32,774 bases of DNA from Candidatus Portiera sp. (GTDB lineage Bacteria > Pseudomonadota > Gammaproteobacteria > CBDBNL01 > JAAOII01): positions 1-32,774 of the forward strand of contig JAAOII010000113.1 of NCBI GenBank assembly GCA_015163845.1, given 5' to 3'. A program made the position numbers and the translations under genes. The stretch's first letter is position 1, and each line of letters opens with the position of its first letter. This document shows, in pieces, positions 26,366 through 32,774 of this stretch. A model generated the notes under the pieces. The model saw nothing but the letters and a program-made list of their open reading frames with translations. It had not been told where the DNA came from and made no database searches.

Positions 26366-27148
26366 TTATTTTTTACCAGCAAAATATTCAACTACTCTTG
26401 ATGGTAATCTATTCACATCCAATAAAATTAGAAAAGTTATGGTCTTGAAATCACGATCAAAACAGGGATCACTGCATATAGTGCACTTGAATTTTAGATA
26501 GATGCTAAACAAAGGCGGCAAGGTCACTTGACTAATATCAGCAGTGCTCTCTTCATAGTCACACCGAAAGTCCTCCAGTGCCTTGAGACGGATCTTATCA
26601 TGATACACACCCATTTCATTAAACAACCTCACTAAGCCATTAGCATCTTGCTGATCGGTGCTCTGCACTGAACTACAACCGAAGAAATAGCGGACATTAT
26701 TCAAAAGCATTAGAGCTGCTAAGCCCTTCCACAACAGCCCCATCACTATGGAATTGCGATAAGGACGTGCCACGCAAGCACGGCTGGTCTCTATGCTTTT
26801 CTTTTGAATATCCATGGAAAATTTGCTGAAATCAAACCTTTCAGCACTGTAGAAACCATTGCCATTTTTTGCCATAGTGTAATTCTGCACTCTATAAGTG
26901 GCGATGACTTTATTGGTTTTACAATAGATGACAACTAGATGCACAAACTGGTCGTCAAAATCATCCATATCCAACCCTTTGCTAAACGAGCTATCCAGTC
27001 CTTCGCTCAATTCCAAGTTAAATACCTTGAACCTAAGCCGCAATGCCTGTTGTATTTCTTCTTCCGAGTCGGCAACCTTGACAACAAAATCCTCCTGCTC
27101 TATGAGCGGATTATTTATTTTGATAGGAACTTTATCGTTTAGTATCAT
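26366..27148 (-). CDS. OlsB/FeeM-like N-acyl amino acid synthase (Acetyltransf_5-type GNAT), paralog 1
   Basis: VADSEEEIQQALRLRFKVFNLEL, DDFDDQFVHLVVI, VIATYRVQNY and PPLFSIYLKFKCTICSDP. Clearly paralogous to the 25446-26270 product along its full length. Confidence 0.7.
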   Translation of the reverse strand: MILNDKVPIKINNPLIEQEDFVVKVADSEEEIQQALRLRFKVFNLELSEGLDSSFSKGLDMDDFDDQFVHLVVIYCKTNKVIATYRVQNYTMAKNGNGFYSAERFDFSKFSMDIQKKSIETSRACVARPYRNSIVMGLLWKGLAALMLLNNVRYFFGCSSVQSTDQQDANGLVRLFNEMGVYHDKIRLKALEDFRCDYEESTADISQVTLPPLFSIYLKFKCTICSDPCFDRDFKTITFLILLDVNRLPSRVVEYFAGKK

Positions 27149-27227
27149 TCCACTATTATATAGGACAATTAGCTATCTTTATGCTTAGCTAATAATTAGT
27201 AATAATCTATAATATGAATAGAAGATC

Positions 27228-27920
27228 ATGCTAACAATAGATAACTTAACTTGTACCCATAAAAGCGACTTAGTGCTTAAAGGTCTTAATCTCTCACTTG
27301 CCAAAGGAGAGATAGGTGCAATAATGGGCAATAATGGTGTTGGTAAATCAACCCTGTTGCAGGCAATTGCCGGGTTCATTAGCATAGATCAAGGATCCAT
27401 CTGTTTTGACGGGAATATTCTTTCCACGGCTAATTGGTTACAAGAACCAGCTAAACGTTCTGTCGGGATGGTATTCCAAGAGATGGCTTTATTCCCGCAC
27501 CTCAGTGCCGAGCAAAACTTGATCTTTGGTTTACAAGGATTACCAACTGCGACAAAGAAGGAAAGATTACAAGAAATTAGCCAGCTACTTCATTCTAACC
27601 ATTTGTTGGACAAATATCCCTATGAATTATCTGGCGGAGAACAGCAACGCATAGCCATAGGTAGAACCTTGGCTACTGCCAAACCCTTAATGTTGTTTGA
27701 TGAACCATTTGCTAAATTAGATGTGTCATTAAAACGAGAGCTATCATTTTCAGTTAGAGAGTATCTCCAACAACGAAATATCACGGCTATTTTTGTTAGC
27801 CATGATAAGACAGAGGCGATTAACATGTGTGACAAATTGGGAACCCTTGAAAAAGGCAACCTCAGCACTTGGCAAGATAAGCGTGAACTGGCCGTTGATA
27901 TGATGGACTTATTACCTTAG
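27228..27920 (+). CDS. ABC transporter ATP-binding protein (FbpC/PotA-like, lacks C-terminal regulatory domain)
   Basis: Walker A GNNGVGKST, Q-loop VFQEMALFPH, signature LSGGEQQR, Walker B LMLFDEP, H-loop VSHD. Only 230 aa. Confidence 0.85.
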   Translation: MLTIDNLTCTHKSDLVLKGLNLSLAKGEIGAIMGNNGVGKSTLLQAIAGFISIDQGSICFDGNILSTANWLQEPAKRSVGMVFQEMALFPHLSAEQNLIFGLQGLPTATKKERLQEISQLLHSNHLLDKYPYELSGGEQQRIAIGRTLATAKPLMLFDEPFAKLDVSLKRELSFSVREYLQQRNITAIFVSHDKTEAINMCDKLGTLEKGNLSTWQDKRELAVDMMDLLP

Positions 27921-29533
27921 AAGTGTTTTTCGCCGCGGGCAGCAGTTAAAGATCTATGCAGAACATAGAGAACTGGTATTCCAGTGAAGATAATAAGCAG
28001 GGCCGGTAAAGAGGCAAGTCCCAGTCGTTCATCACTGGCATATTGATAAGTAAAACTAGCCAAGGTCTCAAAGTTGAAGGGCCGCAAAATAAGCACTAAG
28101 GGTAATTCTTTAAGCAACTCAGCAAAGATTATTAGACAACTACTAATCAAAGCACCCTTAAGCAAAGGGAGGTGAATCTTGGTCAAAGAGGTGAAGGGCT
28201 TAAGGGCAAAAAGTTTTGTAGCCATTTCCATTGAAGGAGTAATCTGCACTAATCCATTGTGAATACTCCTATTAGCAGCTGGGATGAAGCGGATTGTATA
28301 GGCGAAGAGCAAAAGCATTATTCCACCTATTGCCCAATTATCAGGTAACCACTGATTCACCTTACTAAAAAACAATATACAAGTAAAGCCCAATAAAGTC
28401 CCAGGCAGAGCATAACAGATATTTATGCTTTGTCCAGCCACTTGCCAGAACTTAGAAAGACGCCGAGCAGAGTAGTTAATAAGTATGGCACAAACCAATA
28501 TTATGAAGATGGCGGCGATTATCAAAGTGAAAGTATTGACGAGTGCTGCTCCTAAATCTTGTAGGCGATCACCTCCGCCATCATCTCCATCACCTTTAAG
28601 AGCATGGAATGCCAAAAATCCTACTGGAACCAAAAATCCTATTGCTATGGGTAATAGACACCATAGCATACACAACATACTTGATACTGGCTGCAGACGT
28701 TTGATTCTCACCGGAATATGGCGACTTTGGTTTTCATATCTTTTGCGCTTGCTGAGTAGATAGGCCTCGGTTATCATTATCACCATAAGTGCTATGAGAG
28801 TTACGATAGCTAAACCAACTGCTCCATTAAAGTCACCCAGCCCCAACCACACCCTATAGATGCCGAGAGAAACAGTATTGATGGAATAATGATTGACTAG
28901 ACCAAAATCATTGATAATTTCAATAACAGCAAGTAGCAGACCGAAGCTAATGAATGGTAAAGCGATCGGCAAAGAAATGCGTTTGAATATTTGTAAGTTA
29001 CTAAGCCCCATGGTTTGTGCCGCCCAGACATAGTCCATTGATTGTTGTTTGAATGCTGCCAAAGAGAAGATATAAACATAGGGGTAGAAGGCTGCACCAA
29101 ATAGCAAAGATGCTACAGGGATGCCGTGAAATCCTGGGACTGTAGAAGAAAATATATCAGAATAGATAAACCCTGAAATATACACAGGACAGGCCAACGG
29201 CAGTATGAGTAGCCAGCTCAGATAAGATCGCCCATAGAAATTAAAGTTGGCAGTCAGCCAAGCACAAGAAACGCCCCACACCAAGCAAGCAAATCCACCA
29301 CCCAAGACCAGCAATAAAGTATTAGAGAGGTAGGGCGGGATATGATCTGTCAGCAATATAACCCAGTCACTCAATGGGATACTCAAAGAGAAGGCACCGA
29401 GTGCCAGAAGCGGAAAGAATATCAAACTAATCAGTAGCCCTAAAGGCAGAGCATAAGCCAATAGTTTCACTAGACGAAGCAAACGTTTTTTGAGTAGCCC
29501 GCGACTATTCAGTAATCTAGATATATCGGTCAT
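27917..29533 (-). CDS. Two-domain ABC permease, iron(III)/thiamine-type (FbpB-like)
   Basis: A 538-aa polytopic protein with two EAA-type loops (AAQTMGLSNLQIFKRISLP; MEMATKLFALKPFTSLTKIHLP), typical of duplicated BPD_transp_1 permeases. Confidence 0.85.
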   Translation of the reverse strand: MTDISRLLNSRGLLKKRLLRLVKLLAYALPLGLLISLIFFPLLALGAFSLSIPLSDWVILLTDHIPPYLSNTLLLVLGGGFACLVWGVSCAWLTANFNFYGRSYLSWLLILPLACPVYISGFIYSDIFSSTVPGFHGIPVASLLFGAAFYPYVYIFSLAAFKQQSMDYVWAAQTMGLSNLQIFKRISLPIALPFISFGLLLAVIEIINDFGLVNHYSINTVSLGIYRVWLGLGDFNGAVGLAIVTLIALMVIMITEAYLLSKRKRYENQSRHIPVRIKRLQPVSSMLCMLWCLLPIAIGFLVPVGFLAFHALKGDGDDGGGDRLQDLGAALVNTFTLIIAAIFIILVCAILINYSARRLSKFWQVAGQSINICYALPGTLLGFTCILFFSKVNQWLPDNWAIGGIMLLLFAYTIRFIPAANRSIHNGLVQITPSMEMATKLFALKPFTSLTKIHLPLLKGALISSCLIIFAELLKELPLVLILRPFNFETLASFTYQYASDERLGLASLPALLIIFTGIPVLYVLHRSLTAARGEKHF

Positions 29534-30282
29534 TAACTATTTGCCTTTGCTTTTAATTGTTTCTGTAATTGGGTTTGGAAGTGCCTATAGGACTTCTCTA
29601 TATATGAAGCCGCATCTGGTGTCTTGCAACTGGTCTCGCCATGGTCCACCTCAACCTTGCCAATTTTATGAGCCACGGCAATAGCGTCATCTTTGAGATA
29701 TTCTCCATAAGTACCAATGCTAATTAGTGTCCAATTCATTGAATATCTTGCCCAGTTAGCACTTGAGTGAATATCCTTCTCAATCTGTTGCAGATGACTC
29801 TTGAGTTGCTTTGATGGAATTCTCTGTGGATCTTGTGCCAAAATTGAAGAAATAATTGAAAAGCCCAAGCCACGTTTTATCTCATCTTTCTCATTGCATA
29901 ATTTACTTGGTAATTTATTTGCCTGCGGGTGCTGTGCAATAAGTTTACCCAACATTGAGATGTGTGTATAGCTCTTTAGTTGCTTAATCCAAGCAGTGAT
30001 TTCTTTCTCATCCATTACTTTGCCATCGCCAATTTTAAGTGCTAGATTACGGCAATCATAATTACCAGTGTTCCACAATTCTCTGGCTAGTTTATGGTCT
30101 GTGTCTATTCCATTGACGACTCTATTATTCTTGATAATGCTCTTGGCGAGCTTATCCAAGTTGGCAAAACTCACCCCATATACCTTATCAGGATCCGCTC
30201 CATGACGTGCATAGACCTTACAGTTTTGAGCTGTGCCAAGTGCTTTTAATTGTTTCTGTAATTCTATGAGTGTTTGCTGCAT
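29533..30282 (-). CDS. DNA_alkylation family (AlkD-like HEAT-repeat) protein
   Basis: The N-terminus LQKQLKALGTAQNCKVYARHGADPDKVYGVSFANLDKLAK and the helical-repeat character match my memory of the DNA alkylation repair enzyme family. Its stop overlaps the permease start (TAATG). Confidence 0.65.
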   Translation of the reverse strand: MQQTLIELQKQLKALGTAQNCKVYARHGADPDKVYGVSFANLDKLAKSIIKNNRVVNGIDTDHKLARELWNTGNYDCRNLALKIGDGKVMDEKEITAWIKQLKSYTHISMLGKLIAQHPQANKLPSKLCNEKDEIKRGLGFSIISSILAQDPQRIPSKQLKSHLQQIEKDIHSSANWARYSMNWTLISIGTYGEYLKDDAIAVAHKIGKVEVDHGETSCKTPDAASYIEKSYRHFQTQLQKQLKAKANS

Positions 30283-30446
30283 AAATATATTTTATAAGAC
30301 ATTTGCCATAAATTAGTAAGTATATTGATTCTATTAATTAGCATTTTTAGCTACACATACAAAGCCCTCCATCCTCCTATCTATGACCTTGCGTATGACA
30401 TTGCACAATATTAGTTACATCCGCTTTATTATGCTACAATTATTTT

Positions 30447-31946
30447 ATGACAACTTATGTTTTAGCACTAGACCAAGGAACTACCGCAAGTAGATCTTTG
30501 ATCTTTGATGCGAATAGCAATTTAGTAAGTTCGTCCAAAAAAGAGTTTACCCAGTATTTCCCCCAACCGGGAATGGTAGAGCATGATGCCAATGAGATAT
30601 GGGAAACTCAGCTATTCACCCTTCAAGATACTTTAGAACAAGCCAAATTGAAGTTGGCGGACATGGCTTGCATCGGCATAACCAACCAGCGTGAGACAAT
30701 CCTCTTGTGGGACAAAACTACTGGTGAACCTCTACATAACGCCATAGTATGGCAAGATAAACGCACCACGGACTTGATGGGGCATCTGCAAAAGTCCAAA
30801 GATATTATTACTTCCAAGAGTGGTTTGGTCGCTGATCCTTATTTTTCGGCACCAAAGCTCAAGTGGCTTTTAGACAATGTGCCTGGTGCTCGTGATAGTG
30901 CAGCCAAAGGAAATATTGCGGCTGGGACCATGGATAGTTGGTTGATCTATCGCCTCAGTGGCGGTAAGAGTTTTATCACAGATATCACTAATGCCTGTCG
31001 CACTATGCTATTCAATATTCATAGCTGCGAGTGGGATGATGAGTTGCTGGATATTTTTGAAATACCCAAGCAGATATTGCCAGAAGTTGTGACATCTTCT
31101 ATACCGCTGGATAGGGCACCAGTTACAGATGAGCAGACCTTTGGGGCAGCAATCCCCATTACTGGCATAGCTGGTGACCAACATGCAGCTTTGTTGGGGC
31201 AGAGTTGTACCGAACCAGGTATGATAAAGAATACTTATGGCACTGGTTGCTTCATGCTTATGAATACTGGTGACACTCCAATTCCAAGTAAGAATAATTT
31301 ACTGACTACCATCGCTTGGCAACTACCCGACTCTAAACCACAATATGCTTTGGAGGGGAGTATTTTTGTTGGCGGTTCAGTGATTCAATGGTTGCGTGAC
31401 GGTTTAGGTATAATCAAGTCGGCTGCTGAAATTAATGCTATAGCTGCCGAAGATAATGGCGGGGTATATTTTGTGCCAGCATTTGTTGGGCTTGGTTCAC
31501 CACATTGGGATGCAAAAGCACGCGGCACCATAATTGGTATTACTAGGGGCACCACCAAAGGACACATCGCAAGAGCAGCATTGGAGTCCATTGCATTTCA
31601 GTCGGTAGAATTAGCTGAGGCTATGCGAGGGGATATGGCTGAATTAGCTGGTGTAGAATCAAATGAGTTACGTGCTGATGGAGGAGTCACTGCCAGTGAT
31701 TTATTCATGCAGATTCAGGCCGACTTGCTTGGCACTGAAGTCAAGAAAGCCCATATTGAAGAGACCACTGCTTTGGGAGCTGCTTATTTTGCTGGATTGT
31801 CCATCGGTATATGGAAAGACCTAGATGAAATTAATGCCACTTGGCGAGCTGGTGCCAGCTACAAACCAAAATTAGGTGAGGAGGAAAAGGGCAAACTACT
31901 TGCTCGCTGGAAGGAAGCACTCAATAGGTCCAAAGAGTGGATATAA
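30447..31946 (+). CDS. glpK: Glycerol kinase
   Basis: YVLALDQGTTASRSLIF, GITNQRETILLWDK, AIVWQDKRT, GDQHAALLGQ, NTYGTGCFMLMNTG and ADGGVTASD. Full-length, FGGY kinase family. Confidence 0.95.
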   Translation: MTTYVLALDQGTTASRSLIFDANSNLVSSSKKEFTQYFPQPGMVEHDANEIWETQLFTLQDTLEQAKLKLADMACIGITNQRETILLWDKTTGEPLHNAIVWQDKRTTDLMGHLQKSKDIITSKSGLVADPYFSAPKLKWLLDNVPGARDSAAKGNIAAGTMDSWLIYRLSGGKSFITDITNACRTMLFNIHSCEWDDELLDIFEIPKQILPEVVTSSIPLDRAPVTDEQTFGAAIPITGIAGDQHAALLGQSCTEPGMIKNTYGTGCFMLMNTGDTPIPSKNNLLTTIAWQLPDSKPQYALEGSIFVGGSVIQWLRDGLGIIKSAAEINAIAAEDNGGVYFVPAFVGLGSPHWDAKARGTIIGITRGTTKGHIARAALESIAFQSVELAEAMRGDMAELAGVESNELRADGGVTASDLFMQIQADLLGTEVKKAHIEETTALGAAYFAGLSIGIWKDLDEINATWRAGASYKPKLGEEEKGKLLARWKEALNRSKEWI

Positions 31947-31963
31947 TATAACACGCAAGCATC

Positions 31964-32356
31964 TTGTCAGAATATTCATATAAAGGACTAAATGGTGAAC
32001 CCAGTCGCCGTTTCATTTCTGCTGCCCGTTGCCCCTCTTGTCAGAGAGAAGACACCTTATACTTCGTTGGTGAAATAGGAGGTGATCACGCCTGCATAGA
32101 GTGTGGCTATGACTCCAGTCGTCCAGCCGCAACTCATGCGGAGGCAGTCAAAATAATGGATGCTCCATCTAAATCATCCAAATCATCCAAATCATCCAAG
32201 CAATCTAAACCGTCTAAGCAACAGGGAAATACAAGTACAAGTACAAATACGAATACAAATGCAAATGCAAACACAAATGCAAACACGAATGGAGATTCTA
32301 CCCAACAGGATGGGGCGTTAGAATATCTTGGAGAAGATCTTGGAGAAGATGTTTGA
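31964..32356 (+). CDS. YheV-like zinc-ribbon protein with a long repeat-encoded low-complexity C-terminal tail
   Basis: RRFISAARCPSCQREDTLYF ... ACIECGY resembles the YheV/DUF2387 4-Cys ribbon. The tail is SKSSKSSKSSKQSKPSKQ, then NTSTSTNTNTNANANTNANTN, then LGEDLGED. The only in-frame start upstream of the ribbon is TTG 31964. Confidence 0.55.
   Translation: MSEYSYKGLNGEPSRRFISAARCPSCQREDTLYFVGEIGGDHACIECGYDSSRPAATHAEAVKIMDAPSKSSKSSKSSKQSKPSKQQGNTSTSTNTNTNANANTNANTNGDSTQQDGALEYLGEDLGEDV
32168..32350 (+). repeat. In-frame coding microsatellites: 9-mer AAATCATCC x3 (32171-32197), hexamer AAYRCN tract (32228-32290), 12-mer CTTGGAGAAGAT x2 (32327-32350)
   Basis: Read directly from the sequence. 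All periods are multiples of 3. Confidence 0.9.
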
Positions 32357-32441
32357 AAAGATATTGCAAAGAAGGCAGACAATCATTAAGATGATTAGCT
32401 GCTACATATAGTGCATGATATATCGCAAGATTAATCAAAAA

Positions 32442-32524
32442 TGCCCGAGGCCGGACTTGAACCGGCACGCCCAAAGAGCGCAAGATTTTAAGTCTTGTGT
32501 GTCTACCAATTCCACCACCCGGGC
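32442..32524 (-). tRNA. tRNA-Leu (anticodon UAA)
   Basis: The reverse complement is GCCCGGGTGGTGGAATTGGTAGACACACAAGACTTAAAATCTTGCGCTCTTTGGGCGTGCCGGTTCAAGTCCGGCCTCGGGCA. It has a 7-bp acceptor stem, anticodon loop CTTAAAA, a long variable arm and T-arm GCCGGTTCAAGTCCGGC. It is very close to E. coli leuZ as remembered. CCA is not encoded. Confidence 0.92.
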
Positions 32525-32563
32525 AATGATTGAATATATACATTATAAATTGAATTAAGCGTT

Positions 32564-32774
32564 TTGGAATTACTTTCTATAAAATTTTGGCAAAAATCTT
32601 TACTAATTGGTATTAAGGCGGCTTACCAGTTGATCAAATTGATGATACCAGTCGTAATATTGGTAAAAATCCTCGAAAGATTTGGCATAACCGACTACAT
32701 GGCACTGGCTATGGAACCACTAATGGAGGTAATCGGCTTACCTGCCTGGACTGCCATAGTATGGGCGGTGGCAA
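32564..32774 (+). CDS. 5' fragment of a membrane protein gene running off the window (possibly nucleoside-recognition/Gate-domain family)
   Basis: The frame is open from 32549 to the window end and is not in the ORF track because it has no stop. The translation is ...FWQKSLLIGIKAAYQLIKLMIPVVILVKILERFGITDYMALAMEPLMEVIGLPAWTAIVWAVA. The start is uncertain (TTG 32564, or ATG 32642). Confidence 0.35.
   Translation, partial: MELLSIKFWQKSLLIGIKAAYQLIKLMIPVVILVKILERFGITDYMALAMEPLMEVIGLPAWTAIVWAVA

Noticed and set aside
32298-32543. 81-aa minus-strand ORF
   Set aside because: It overlaps the tRNA-Leu(UAA) gene and the tail of the yheV-like gene; this is a spurious read-through of a structural RNA.

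Overview
A 32.8-kb chromosomal window from an AT-rich Gram-negative bacterium, probably gammaproteobacterial (inferred from RecN, RadC, L31, ArgB and Na+-NQR subunit similarity; species not identifiable by eye). It is mostly housekeeping backbone: the recN 3' end, radC, tRNA-Ala(UGC), rpmE, a gltD-like gene, nqrC-cfa-nqrD-nqrE-nqrF, a PAP2 phosphatase, msrB, argB, phosphomannomutase, an iron-type ABC ATPase and permease, an AlkD-like gene, glpK, a yheV-like gene and tRNA-Leu(UAA). Two regions stand out. (1) Positions ~1373-11112, between radC and tRNA-Ala, form a visibly more AT-rich accessory island with no integrase or phage structural genes. It carries a three-gene restriction-modification system (one endonuclease, two SPPY methylases), a leaderless animal-type heme peroxidase, a DUF4157-like HExxH protein, a translationally coupled 3TM-holin/SH3-amidase lysis cassette with a small 2-TM protein, a polytopic membrane protein and a ComEC-like metallo-beta-lactamase. 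I read the peroxidase/DUF4157/holin/amidase block as a candidate holin-endolysin (type-10-like) export or suicide module; this is the best candidate for an undescribed system. (2) Positions 24350-27148 (minus strand) hold two tandem OlsB-like N-acyl-amino-acid synthase paralogs followed by a membrane-anchored ATP-grasp ligase, upstream of PMM and argB. This is a candidate pathway for an uncharacterised lipoamino-acid or lipodipeptide. Other oddities: the nqr operon lacks nqrA/nqrB upstream and has cfa inserted between nqrC and nqrD. There are several perfect short tandem-repeat tracts (11-mer, 26-mer, hexamers, 13-mer), and the same hexamer family appears both in the argB leader and inside a zinc-ribbon gene. 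All family assignments come from motif recognition by eye; no searches were run.
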